Positions 9,587 to 20,101 of a stretch of DNA of 57,860 nt are shown here, one piece after another. Origin of the DNA: Candidatus Methanoxibalbensis ujae (lineage in GTDB: Archaea > Halobacteriota > Syntropharchaeia > Alkanophagales > Methanospirareceae); assembly GCA_026134085.1 (NCBI GenBank), contig JAOQIN010000007.1, forward strand, positions 1 through 57,860, written 5' to 3'. The position numbers and the translations under genes are program-made. How positions within the stretch are numbered: the first letter of the stretch is position 1; each line of letters starts with the position of its first letter. Under the pieces are notes generated by a model, which made no database searches, had not been told where the DNA came from, and worked only from the letters and a program-made list of their open reading frames with translations.

Positions 9587-11179
9587 GTGGCAGCGGAGGA
9601 AGGAGTGGTGAGGTTCAGGGATATGATTTCGCCTGTTCTGAGCAGGTTTCCGATGGTTGAGCGACCGGCTTTTCATGTGCATTTCAAGCGAAAGCTCGCA
9701 TGGACAATAGGAATTCTTCTCCTTTACTTCGCACTTTGCAACATCCCTCTTTTCGGTCTTGGTCCGGGCTCGATGGACATGTTCGGGCGATGGAGAGCGC
9801 TTTTCGCAGGCAAAAGGTTCTCGCTCACGGCGCTCGGCATAATGCCTATTGTTGACGCATCCATAGTGCTTCAGTTGCTTGTTGGCGCAAAGATTATTGA
9901 TCTGGATCTGACAACTGAGGAGGACAGAGCATTCTATCAGAACCTTCAGAAGCTGCTTGTCGTTGTTTTCGCAGCGTTTATAAGCATGAGCTATGTAATC
10001 GGCTTCTACAGGCCAGATCCAAATGTTGCGAAGGCTCTCGGCGTCTCTCTCAACACAATCAGTCTTCTGCTCTTCCTTCAGATATTCGCATGCGGCATCC
10101 TCATATACTTCATGGATGAGGTGGTGTCAAAGTGGGGAATAGGGTCAGGCGTCTCCCTGTTCATACTGGCGGGGGTGTCGCAGGCTATTGTGACGGGTCT
10201 CATAAACCCCGAACCTGAAGCGGAGTTCGGTGGAAAACCGTGGGCGATAGGAGTTATCCCCCGCCTCATTCAGATATTCTTCATGCCCGAGAAAATCGGG
10301 CTGATTAGCGGTGAATTTTTTTCAGTCAGATTTCTGTTTGAAAGTGGTATAATTGCGCTCATGACAACGATAGCTGTTTTTTTCATCATCGTATATCTTG
10401 AAAGCACTCGCATTGAGATTCCACTCGCTCACTCTCTCGCAAGAGGCGCTCGTGGAAGATTTCCGATAAAACTGCTCTACGCAAGTGTCCTGCCCGTTAT
10501 TCTCGTGAGGGCACTTCAGATGAGCATTCAGGCTTTCGGAAAATTCATCGCACCTCGCATAAGCACAGTTGCATCCTCCGAATCCGTAAGTGAGGGAATA
10601 AAAACAGTTACATACACATACACAAGCTTCCTCGGCACATATGAGCACACAATACAGACAAATTTGACGACGAACACGGTCATAACAAACACACTGATGC
10701 CTCAATCGGGCTTTATGTATATACTTCAACCTGTTTACAGCCCATATGACTGGCTTCCGGCGCTCATGCATATACCCCACGAAGGCTGGGAAATTGCACT
10801 GCGCATATTCGCTGACATCTTCTTCATGGTCTTTCTCGGCGTTGTCTTCGCTCTTTTCTGGATAAACACCACTGGAATGGGCGCAAAGGATGTCGCAGAG
10901 CAGATACACCGCTCGGGGCTCCAGATTCCGGGATTCAGAAGGACGCCTGCGACGCTTGAGCGTATGCTTGAGAGCTACATCCCCAAAATCACAGTGATGG
11001 GCGCCGCAATATTGGGGGCTTTATGCGTGTTTGCGAACATGCTCGGCACAGTCGGTAACGCGACAGGCACAGGATTGCTCCTCGCTGTGAGCATAGCATA
11101 TTCTCTCTATCAGCAAATTGCATCTGAACAGATGATGGAAATGTATCCGTTCCTCAGAAGATTCTTCGGAGAAAAATGA
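9587..11179 (+). CDS. secY: Preprotein translocase subunit SecY
   Basis: Archaeal SecY motifs LGIMPIV, DEVVSKWGIGSGVSLFI, FPIKLLYASVLP, GLQIPGFRR, GTGLLL; GGAGGTGA RBS before GTG 9587. Confidence 0.96.
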   Translation: MAAEEGVVRFRDMISPVLSRFPMVERPAFHVHFKRKLAWTIGILLLYFALCNIPLFGLGPGSMDMFGRWRALFAGKRFSLTALGIMPIVDASIVLQLLVGAKIIDLDLTTEEDRAFYQNLQKLLVVVFAAFISMSYVIGFYRPDPNVAKALGVSLNTISLLLFLQIFACGILIYFMDEVVSKWGIGSGVSLFILAGVSQAIVTGLINPEPEAEFGGKPWAIGVIPRLIQIFFMPEKIGLISGEFFSVRFLFESGIIALMTTIAVFFIIVYLESTRIEIPLAHSLARGARGRFPIKLLYASVLPVILVRALQMSIQAFGKFIAPRISTVASSESVSEGIKTVTYTYTSFLGTYEHTIQTNLTTNTVITNTLMPQSGFMYILQPVYSPYDWLPALMHIPHEGWEIALRIFADIFFMVFLGVVFALFWINTTGMGAKDVAEQIHRSGLQIPGFRRTPATLERMLESYIPKITVMGAAILGALCVFANMLGTVGNATGTGLLLAVSIAYSLYQQIASEQMMEMYPFLRRFFGEK

Positions 11180-11274
11180 GATGATCAGGAGGCTCACATG
11201 CTCATGCTCTCACTTCCCTCCCACCCAAGGCGATCTATCTTCTCTTCTCTTCTCCTCTCGCCCATTCGCCCAGT

Positions 11275-12036
11275 CTAAGCGATATCAAGCATTTTATGCA
11301 TCTGCGGGATGACCATCACATCTCTCAAAAATTTACCGGCGATCTCAGATATCCTGAAGAGCTCCTCAACACGGGGCTCAGCCTGCGATTCCACAGCATT
11401 CCATGCGCCGCCCGGCTGCTCACGCTCCATTCTTCGCCTCTTTGAGGTTGTGAAAGGCTGAATCACAAACTTTATGTCAAACGAGGAGAGTTCATCGCAG
11501 ATTCTTCTTATCTCATCAACAGGAGTTCCTCTCAATATCACAACCTTCACAATCGTATAAACACCGGAATCAACGGATATTCTCACCGTTTCAATCTCAT
11601 TTCTGTATAATTCATCGTATTTCTCGGGAGGAACGGCATTATGCACTTTCAGCTTGATATCAATTGATGCGAAATCAAATAAATCAGCTGTGGTGCTGAA
11701 AGAATCAGCGTTGAATCCATTTGTCTCAATGTAATTTGCCAATCCCTCCTTACGAGTTGAGGATGCGAGAGTGCGCAGAAAATCAGGCTGGGCAAGAGGC
11801 TCGCCGCCCGTGAATGAAATGCTGTGAAGATCCGATGTTCTGAGCGCCGAAATTCTTCTCAACACTTCTGATTCGCTCATCAGAGTGCCGCTGCTGAAAT
11901 CCCTTGCGTGGGGGGTATCACAATATACACAGTGAAGGGGGCATCCAGAGAAACGGACGAATATCTGTCTCCTTCCGACAAGCGGACCTTCGCCCTGAAA
12001 TGAGCTGAATATCTCACGCACATAGCCTCTCATCAC
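11275..12036 (-). CDS. queE: 7-carboxy-7-deazaguanine synthase (radical SAM)
   Basis: EIFSSFQGEG, CPLHCVYCDT, FTGGEP, IETNG and IPQMHK motifs. Confidence 0.88.
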   Translation of the reverse strand: MMRGYVREIFSSFQGEGPLVGRRQIFVRFSGCPLHCVYCDTPHARDFSSGTLMSESEVLRRISALRTSDLHSISFTGGEPLAQPDFLRTLASSTRKEGLANYIETNGFNADSFSTTADLFDFASIDIKLKVHNAVPPEKYDELYRNEIETVRISVDSGVYTIVKVVILRGTPVDEIRRICDELSSFDIKFVIQPFTTSKRRRMEREQPGGAWNAVESQAEPRVEELFRISEIAGKFLRDVMVIPQMHKMLDIA

Positions 12037-12091
12037 GCATCCCCGATATATTACTGTGAAGGTATTATTGTGAGGGAGTCAAGCTGAAATC

Positions 12092-12883
12092 ATGATACGC
12101 GTTGCGGTTGCAGGTGCGCGTGGCAGAATGGGCAGTGTCCTCGTGCGCAGCATTTCAGATGATGAGAAAATGAATCTGGTAGCCGCGTTTGACATGAGGG
12201 ATATTGGTGAACATGTTTCCGACAATGTGAATGTGTCACATCCCGATGATATGGATGCGGTTCTCAAGGAGACATCGCCTGATGTTTTTGTTGACTTCAC
12301 AAATGCGGATGCAGCGGTGAGAAATGTGCGTATTGCCGCAGATAACGGGATAAAAATAGTTGTCGGAACCACGGGATTCACAGATGAGCAGTTCAATGAG
12401 ATGAAATCAGCAATAATTCGCAACAAAATACCTGCGGTGATATCTCCAAATTTCTCGGTTGGCGTGAATGTTTTCTGGAAGCTTGTTGAATATGCTGTCA
12501 GGTATCTGAGTGATTATCATGTTGAGATAATTGAGATGCATCACAGCCTCAAAAAAGATGCGCCGAGCGGGACAGCGCTTAAAGCCGCTGAAATAATCAG
12601 AGAACATCTGAAATCCATAGGCAGGAAATGTGAACTCGTTTACGGCAGAAAAGGCATTGTAGGGGAGCGCTCGCATGATGAGATAGGAATTCATGCTGTC
12701 AGGGCGGCGGACATCGTTGGAGAACACACCACAATATTCGCATCCGCAGGAGAGCGCATAGAGATCACACACAGAGCTCACAGCAGGGAAGCATTTGCAA
12801 AAGGCACATTGAGAGCGATTGAGTGGGTGCATAAGCAGACAAAAAGCGGCATATACGGAATGGACGATGTCCTCGGGTTCTGA
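12092..12883 (+). CDS. dapB: 4-hydroxy-tetrahydrodipicolinate reductase
   Basis: GARGRMG, GTTG and EMHHSLKKDAPSGTA motifs. Confidence 0.96.
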   Translation: MIRVAVAGARGRMGSVLVRSISDDEKMNLVAAFDMRDIGEHVSDNVNVSHPDDMDAVLKETSPDVFVDFTNADAAVRNVRIAADNGIKIVVGTTGFTDEQFNEMKSAIIRNKIPAVISPNFSVGVNVFWKLVEYAVRYLSDYHVEIIEMHHSLKKDAPSGTALKAAEIIREHLKSIGRKCELVYGRKGIVGERSHDEIGIHAVRAADIVGEHTTIFASAGERIEITHRAHSREAFAKGTLRAIEWVHKQTKSGIYGMDDVLGF

Positions 12884-13084
12884 GCTCGCCTGTTCCTCTG
12901 CTTTTGTTTCTTTTATATTTCCGTTATAGCGGGAGATAAACTTTGCGTGTAAGTAAGAGATACGATGAGATTTAGCCGGGATGTATTGGATGAGATGTGA
13001 AACATATCTGAAGGTCAGTGAGGGACTGGAGGATCCCCGGAAGTTCGCTTATCTTTATTTTATCGTATAACAGCATTCACATGT

Positions 13085-13990
13085 ATGGATTTCATATCCA
13101 TATTTGACATATCACCCGCGGATTTGAAAGAGATACTGGAGGAATCCGCGAGGCTTAAGCGGAGAAGAGCATCCGGAGAGCGACAGACTGACGAACTGCG
13201 CGGAAGGACACTTTTGATGATATTTGAAAAGCCCTCCACTCGCACAAGAGTCTCATTTGAGGTTGCGATGCGTGAGTTGGGGGGTTCTGTGATATCATTA
13301 TCGTGGAATGAGATGCAGCTGGGGCGCGGAGAGCGGATAAAAGAGACTGCGAAGGTGCTCTCTTCATATGTTGATGCTGTTTGTATCCGTGCCTTCAGCC
13401 ATGAAAAGGTTGAAGAGTTCGCGGAACACGCCACGATACCCACGATCAACGCGCTCACAGACAGAGAGCATCCCTGCCAGACACTTGCTGATATGCTCAC
13501 GATAAAGGAGCGAAAAGGGAGCCTTAAAGGGTTGAAAGTCGCTTGGATAGGCGATGGAAACAATGTGTGCAATTCGCTCATAGGTGGTTGCACACTTTGC
13601 GGCGCTGAAATTTGGATAGCATGTCCAAAGGGATACGAGCCGGATGCTGAAATAATGAGGAAAGCGCATGAGATTGGTGGGAATGTGCATGTGTGCGATG
13701 ATGTGATGGAAGCTGCTGAAGATGCAGATGTGCTCTACACGGATGTCTGGGTATCCATGGGCGATGAGCGGGATTCAGCACGGAGGAAAAATGACCTTCG
13801 TTCATATCAAATAAATCAAAATGTGCTGAGAAATGCGAAAGAAGATGCGATCGTCATGCACTGCATGCCCGTTCATGTCGGCGAGGAAATGACGGAGGAT
13901 GTGCTCTACTGCGAACAATCAGCAGTCCTCCAGCAGGCTGAAAACAGATTGCACACGCAGAAAGCTCTGCTCATGCGAATCCTTTCATGA
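13085..13990 (+). CDS. argF: Ornithine carbamoyltransferase
   Basis: STRTR, HPCQ, GDGNNV, SMG and HCMP motifs. Confidence 0.96.
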   Translation: MDFISIFDISPADLKEILEESARLKRRRASGERQTDELRGRTLLMIFEKPSTRTRVSFEVAMRELGGSVISLSWNEMQLGRGERIKETAKVLSSYVDAVCIRAFSHEKVEEFAEHATIPTINALTDREHPCQTLADMLTIKERKGSLKGLKVAWIGDGNNVCNSLIGGCTLCGAEIWIACPKGYEPDAEIMRKAHEIGGNVHVCDDVMEAAEDADVLYTDVWVSMGDERDSARRKNDLRSYQINQNVLRNAKEDAIVMHCMPVHVGEEMTEDVLYCEQSAVLQQAENRLHTQKALLMRILS

Positions 13991-14241
13991 GCTCCGCCCC
14001 TTCAATCTGTCACATCAGTCACATACATCAGTCACATCCGCCGCATAGCCTCTGTGACTTTCAATCTGAGGCATGGCAGCACTGATTTCGCAACGCTGCC
14101 CATAAGCTGTTTGCAGACAGAGAAGCCGATGTCAGCCGTATGGAGCGGTGTGCTGACCCGGCCCTGGAGTTGCAGAATGTGTTATCTTCCGGCTTCATGA
14201 GATGTGCTGGCCACATCATTCCTCTGAAAGCAGAGAATTCA

Positions 14242-16176
14242 TCAGGGAGAATCTGACAAAGTATCAAGCACCTCTTTGACGAACTTTCCTTCGCCCACCC
14301 TTCGCATCACATTTCCGAGCCTCTCACGACCCGGTTTCCTCCTATATCTGAGGAGTGTCTGCGCAACCGCATCAATTATTGCGGGAATCTCCTCAGGCTT
14401 GCAGAAGGACTTCAGGAGAATGCCATCGGCAGGACGCCTCGCATCGTTACCTCCTATCCAGACGGAGTAGCCCCTCTCAGCTTCAATCATCGCCTCGTTG
14501 GGACATCCACGAATGCACCAACCGCAGCCGACACACCTGTCGTAGTCAATTTCAGCCTTCCCGAACTCTATTGAGATCGCATCCACCCTGCACAGCTCCG
14601 CACAACGACCGCATCCGTTGCACTTCTCAATGTCAACCTCAGGGCGAACTTGATATACGAGACCAATATCGTGGCGCTTTGCCCTCACGCAGTCGTTGGG
14701 ACAGGCGGCGATGCCCACTTTCACCTTGTGCGGCGTTAGCCTCTGTGCGAAAAGCATAGTGAGCTCGCCTGCAAGCTTCTTCGTCTCAAAAAGCCCTTCA
14801 CTGCAGTAATCGCTGCCAACACATGCTGAAACATAGCCCATTCCGATTGTTGCGAGTCCGCTTTCATATATTTCAGCCATAATTTTGTCCACATTCGTGC
14901 CTGAAACTCCCTGAATTTCAATGCTCTGCCTCGTTGTGACTTCAATCGTGCCATCTCCATACTTTTTTGCGATTTCAGCAACTTTTGAAAGCGTTTCAGC
15001 GTCTGTAAGCCCCGAGTTCGTCTTTATTTTGACAAAGAATGTGCCTTTCGCCTCACCCACAACGCCGGGATAGTCCGAAGCCCAGTAGAAATTGACTTTC
15101 TTTCCTGCGTCAAGGCGCCGTTTGAGCTCCCAGTTGAACCGCTGCATCTTCAGATTTGCGAACTCCTCGATCCTTTGTATGGAAACATCATTCGTTTTTT
15201 CAATGTATCCCGCATTTTCAGCGGCATCCACCAATTCAACACCCTTCGCCGTTCTCAAAATCAGCGTTGTCCATCCCTTTTTTGAGCCCGTGTATCCTGC
15301 GGATATGTCAGCAAGCTTTGAAACTGCATCCCTGCAGATCACACATCCTTCCTGAACGCAGCCCGCGTTCCAGAGCTCGTTGAGGTTGAACTCGTAAGTG
15401 CCTCCTTCTTTTGTCGTGACGACGAGCTCGTCAAGGTGAATTTCAGCCCTTCTTACATTCTGGATGTCAATACCCTTTGAAGCTGCGAAATTTTTAAGCT
15501 TCGCATAGTTGAAATTTTCGGCACAGAACAGGCCAATTACATACGCAATATTCGGAAACTTCAATCTTTCCCCCTTCTCGCCGATTTCATAGCCATGAGC
15601 GGTCAGCCCGGGAAAGAACTGTATTTTTCTCACTCCATACACATGACACGGAAGTCCAACAACCGCAACATTCCTCAGTTCCTGGGCATCTTTCAAAGCG
15701 TAAAGCACGGGAACTGAGGCATATTTTGAGCCAGCCGTCTCTATCAGTTCTTCTCCTGACCTCACCAGTAGCGAGTGGGGCTTTCCAAAGTTTGAAGTCG
15801 CAATGACACCGTCAATTATTCCCCTGTCGAGGCAGTAAGCGAGCAGAGCAGTGACCGCCCCGCCGTTTTGAGCGACATCACGAATTTTGGAGTCTGTTGC
15901 TCTCGCAGAGACGATGCTTTCGTATTGACCGAGTAAAGTAGGAGGCTTCGCCTTGAATCCGAATATGTTAGGAGCAATTTTCGCCGCAAATGTCACCAAA
16001 CGCTGGCAGACATCCTTGCATGCTCCTTCTCCTTTGCGAAGGCATTCCTCCTTCAGCGCAGGTCCGTCCTCCCTGAACTCAATCCTGTCGTTTGGACATA
16101 CCGCAGCGCAAGCACCGCAGAACGTGCAAAGCCCTGCATCCACAACCGCAGGCCGCAGAAACCATTCGTATTCCAT
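14242..16176 (-). CDS. fsr: F420-dependent sulfite/nitrite reductase (FrhB-like N-half fused to Dsr-like siroheme C-half), Group II-like
   Basis: N-terminal ferredoxin and FrhB motifs (GGAVT, GLPC, IGLFC, ADISAG); siroheme-[4Fe-4S] ligands CVGSDYC and CPNDC; inserted 2x[4Fe-4S] ferredoxin. Confidence 0.9.
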   Translation of the reverse strand: MEYEWFLRPAVVDAGLCTFCGACAAVCPNDRIEFREDGPALKEECLRKGEGACKDVCQRLVTFAAKIAPNIFGFKAKPPTLLGQYESIVSARATDSKIRDVAQNGGAVTALLAYCLDRGIIDGVIATSNFGKPHSLLVRSGEELIETAGSKYASVPVLYALKDAQELRNVAVVGLPCHVYGVRKIQFFPGLTAHGYEIGEKGERLKFPNIAYVIGLFCAENFNYAKLKNFAASKGIDIQNVRRAEIHLDELVVTTKEGGTYEFNLNELWNAGCVQEGCVICRDAVSKLADISAGYTGSKKGWTTLILRTAKGVELVDAAENAGYIEKTNDVSIQRIEEFANLKMQRFNWELKRRLDAGKKVNFYWASDYPGVVGEAKGTFFVKIKTNSGLTDAETLSKVAEIAKKYGDGTIEVTTRQSIEIQGVSGTNVDKIMAEIYESGLATIGMGYVSACVGSDYCSEGLFETKKLAGELTMLFAQRLTPHKVKVGIAACPNDCVRAKRHDIGLVYQVRPEVDIEKCNGCGRCAELCRVDAISIEFGKAEIDYDRCVGCGWCIRGCPNEAMIEAERGYSVWIGGNDARRPADGILLKSFCKPEEIPAIIDAVAQTLLRYRRKPGRERLGNVMRRVGEGKFVKEVLDTLSDSP

Positions 16177-16327
16177 TTCCTATGCTTTTTCGCAATTTCA
16201 GATTAAAAAATGGTATGCTTTGCATTGACGCTTTACAGAGCACCGCAATTGCATTGGTCTCCTTCTGCACCTTCAGCTGCACCTTCAGCTGCACCTTCAG
16301 CTGCAGCTCGCAACGCTCAGGTGCGCT

Positions 16328-16783
16328 CTAATATCTGTATCTTTCCCTCAGCCACCGCTCCACAACACTTGTTGTAAGTCTTCTTTCAATCGTAGCATAA
16401 AATATGTTTACAACACCAAGCAGTTCGCCTTTCCTCACATATCCGCTCCTTATGGGATGAAAGATGGCTGTATCAAATATCCTCTGCTCCTCCACCATCT
16501 TCGGTTTTCCTCCTTTTGTAAGTGCGGAAACTATACCAAGTGCATGTCGCATAGTGTAACATGGCAGGATTATCGCTTTCTCCGGAACTTTCACATCCTC
16601 TATCTTTATATCTGTGAGCCGGTTCTCCTCCACTTCCTTGTCCTCCTTTGCGATCAACATCTGCCATTCCCCATGTGGACCGACTGTATAGCCGTAGCGA
16701 TATGCTTCCACCTCCAGCTCCTCTATTTTGCCGCCTATCTCATCCTTCCAATAAACCTGTTTCACCCTTGCCGTTTCTATCAC
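16328..16783 (-). CDS. DUF22-like archaeal protein
   Basis: CYTMRHALG...V.KGELLGVVNIF pattern. Confidence 0.6.
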   Translation of the reverse strand: MIETARVKQVYWKDEIGGKIEELEVEAYRYGYTVGPHGEWQMLIAKEDKEVEENRLTDIKIEDVKVPEKAIILPCYTMRHALGIVSALTKGGKPKMVEEQRIFDTAIFHPIRSGYVRKGELLGVVNIFYATIERRLTTSVVERWLRERYRY

Positions 16784-17013
16784 CCCTCAATACCTCATCA
16801 CCGAGCGGATGCAGCTTCCCTTCCTAAAATAGGACAGTTGTAAATAATCCTTTGTTCCAGCCGCTCATCCCTCGTTCAAATCCGCGCACGGCGGAACAAA
16901 CACATCCTCCCTGTGCTGGTGGATCTGTGTAAGCTCTCAGCGCTGCTGCTCGAAAAAGACAAAACACCTGCGTTTCGCCTCCGATCTCCTCAAAAAGTCA
17001 AAGACGCCGAGAA

Positions 17014-17085
17014 TGGGCTCGCCCGGATTCGAACCGGGGACCTCCGCCTCGTCAAGGCGACGTCATACCCCTAGACCACGAGCCC
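17014..17085 (-). tRNA. tRNA-Val(GAC)
   Basis: Reverse complement GGGCTCGTGGTCTAGGGGTATGACGTCGCCTTGACGAGGCGGAGGTCCCCGGTTCGAATCCGGGCGAGCCCA; TATA-like box at 17109-17114. Confidence 0.95.
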
Positions 17086-17124
17086 CTATTAGCATATAAA
17101 TCAGAGCATATAAAGTTTGTAGGG

Positions 17125-19014
17125 ATGAGCAGTGCTGAGGAGAGTGCGCTGAAACTCACAAGATACATCTTCACTGCGCCTCACTGGATTTTATCTCTTT
17201 TCCTCTCGCTCCTTCTCTCGCTTCCACCCGGTTATTTCTGCTTATCGCTTATATATCACAGCGATACTGAGTTTGCAAGATATCTGTCAACGCTTTCCGT
17301 GCATTTCAGCGCGCTGCTCGCAGGCATCCTGCTCCTGGGAATTCCCGCACTCGTATCGGCTCCTCTGACCAAACTGCTCGTGACACTGTGCGGTGCCAAA
17401 ATCACATTCCGCCGGACTTCACTGCTCTCAGCGCTCAGTGTCATCGCTGTAAGCCTGTTCATCACATCATCAAACATCACAGCAGCGCTCATCCCGATGC
17501 GATCGCACATCGCTTCCGCAACAGGTTTTGCACTCGGAGCTGGCTTTATATGCGGCTTCCGCTTTCTGATACTTCTGGCAATCGCCAAGAACAGCATATC
17601 CATTCTGCTGCCCTCATCCACCCAGACGATTGCAAGCGCACTCATGTTCTTCATCCTTTTTCCATCCCCTCTCATAATCCTCATAATTATCTCAAGCATA
17701 TTTTTCTCAATTTTTGCCTTTTTATTTGTGAAAACTGTTGAAAAATCAACCAAAAAAACGCTTGGTGTGAGTGGAATAGACTTAATACGATCATTTCTTT
17801 CGCATTTAAGCGAGGGTTCAAGGGAAATGGAGGAAATATTCAGCAGAATAGGCATAACTGTTGATATTCCTGTGTTTGTTCTTGCATTCAAACGCAGGAG
17901 ATGTGATGCTGAAATTTATGCTGATTTGTTCAGCTCTCGTTCAACGGACATCTCTCGTTCAACGGATGATGTCTCCGCGCTGAAAGCGGTTGTTGTGGTG
18001 CCTCTCATTCATTCAGGGCTTACCGGGGACATATGCGGGGGGGATCTGCCAAAAGCACTCTCAGAATCAATTGAATGTGCTGTTTTTGTGCCTCACAGCA
18101 TGACAAATCACGATTTTGACCTCACCTCCTCAAGAGACATCGGTAAAATCGTGAGTGCAGCGAAAAAAGCGCTTGAATCGCTTGATTTCAGGCATACCGC
18201 AACTCCTCCCTCACTTATCTCGGAGGGTGATGTCAAAATGCTCGGTCAGCGCTTCGGCAACGCGTATATGCTCATATATACGCTGTCACCGATACCATTT
18301 GACGATGCTGATTTCACACTCGGAATCTCAGCAATCAGAGAGGCGAGAGCGGCAGGTGCTGAGCATGTTGCAGTAATTGATGCACACAACTCAGGCACTG
18401 AATATGCAAAAGTCATAACAACAGGCTCAAAGGTCTCATATGATATTCTGAAATGTGTTTCTAAAATCACTCATACGCTCAAAAACAGCGATGAATATGA
18501 TATAAAAATGGGTGTTTCTTTTAAATGCGAAAATTACAGGGAGAACATAGGACATTTCGGAATAAGAGCGATTGTCACAGATGTTTCAGATGTGAGAACA
18601 GCATATGTCCTCATAGACGGCAACAACATGGTCGTTGGACTTAGAGAACGCATAATCAGGCGCATAAAGCATGAGCTCCACATACAATATGCGGAGGTCA
18701 TGACAACAGACTCGCACGCGTTGAACAAGACACACGCATACAAATTCGTCGGAGATATTGATCCAGATGCAGTTGAAAACACAGTTATCAAAACAGTTTC
18801 TGCGGCATTATCTGATATGGAGCCAGTTGAAGTCGCTGGTTCAACAGAAATTGCAGAAAATATACATGTATTTGGCGAACATTTCACTGCAAAACTGATA
18901 AGTATTGTGAATACAATCACATCAATGGCTACTCTTTGGATTATTTTTGCATTTATATCTGCTTTATCTATATCACTTACACTTTTTTCGCTTCTCGTTG
19001 GGCATCCTTTTTGA
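17125..19014 (+). CDS. DUF2070-family membrane protein
   Basis: Multi-TM N-terminus; VPHS..HDF, DAHN, DGNNM and TTDSH motifs; C-terminal TM. Confidence 0.8.
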   Translation: MSSAEESALKLTRYIFTAPHWILSLFLSLLLSLPPGYFCLSLIYHSDTEFARYLSTLSVHFSALLAGILLLGIPALVSAPLTKLLVTLCGAKITFRRTSLLSALSVIAVSLFITSSNITAALIPMRSHIASATGFALGAGFICGFRFLILLAIAKNSISILLPSSTQTIASALMFFILFPSPLIILIIISSIFFSIFAFLFVKTVEKSTKKTLGVSGIDLIRSFLSHLSEGSREMEEIFSRIGITVDIPVFVLAFKRRRCDAEIYADLFSSRSTDISRSTDDVSALKAVVVVPLIHSGLTGDICGGDLPKALSESIECAVFVPHSMTNHDFDLTSSRDIGKIVSAAKKALESLDFRHTATPPSLISEGDVKMLGQRFGNAYMLIYTLSPIPFDDADFTLGISAIREARAAGAEHVAVIDAHNSGTEYAKVITTGSKVSYDILKCVSKITHTLKNSDEYDIKMGVSFKCENYRENIGHFGIRAIVTDVSDVRTAYVLIDGNNMVVGLRERIIRRIKHELHIQYAEVMTTDSHALNKTHAYKFVGDIDPDAVENTVIKTVSAALSDMEPVEVAGSTEIAENIHVFGEHFTAKLISIVNTITSMATLWIIFAFISALSISLTLFSLLVGHPF

Positions 19015-19079
19015 TCGGATCTCATATCGCATCTCAGACGCATGATATACATTCATGTCTGTCGCTGTAATGTGTGAAT

Positions 19080-20050
19080 GCCACCCGCTCAGAAGGCTTC
19101 CTGCTTCACGGAGAAGGCCTGTGATAACCTCGTATGAGGTCTGGGTCTCAGGGTCTTCTCTCCTCAGGCGGAGCTACCCATAATCAATATCGCAGATATG
19201 CGATCTCCGGGTCATCAAACGATAACCCTATGTGCCTCATTTGCTTTCTTCACTACTCCACCAGCGCAGCCTTGTGGAGCTGCATAAACCCTGTCTGTGC
19301 CATGCGACCATACTCAATCAGGTATTCAAGTAAACCACACCCACCTTGGGAGCTTTATGCCTTCATCACGGCTCCGGTAATGGCTTGTTTACACAATAGC
19401 TCTCCTCAGAGCTATCCAGCCTCAAATCATCGCCAGAAACCCTAACATTCCACTGGCAAAAAAATACCTTTCCTCTCCTCTCGCATGCTCCTTGGGGCGT
19501 TTGAGATGAAATTGTGGTGACATAGAACCTTGAGTTGCGGAAAATCTTGGTTTCTCTTTTTCGCTGACTTTATCCCTACTTTTTCTTCATTCTCTGTCTT
19601 GACAGGCTCTTCTGCTCCTTATTTAGAGCTCTCTATTTAAGATATCAATATCATTCTCCCTTCACTGTCCGTTAAGCGCACTCCAACATCTATGCCCGTC
19701 TCTCTTGACTTCCGCCTGAACAATAGCATATTATTCCACCTGGATATTCCCTTATCCATACTCCTTTCACTTTTCCATTTGTCTCCATACTTATCTCCAT
19801 TATCTCCGCCGCCTATATTGGCGATACGCGCTTTTTGTATGCTCTGATGTTTCTCCATGTAATTCACCATCTTCAATACTTCAATTCTGAATTTTCTTCT
19901 TTCAATTTCATATCAACGCATTTTTCTCTTTCCCCGCTTTTTTGCTTCTTCCAATGACATCATCTGCATATCTCCTCCAATCTCAACTCCTTCATTCAGG
20001 TCTGAACTCAACATCATCGTAGCCCCCTCCCATTGGGAATCCGTCTCATT
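19080..20050 (-). pseudogene. Unassigned degraded coding fragments
   Basis: About 1 kb without a credible ORF; short protein-like pieces on the minus strand interrupted by stops. Confidence 0.25.
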
Positions 20051-20101
20051 TTCTGAAATGACTCGCCGATAGAGTTAAATTTTGAATGTCAATGGAGTTA
20101 A

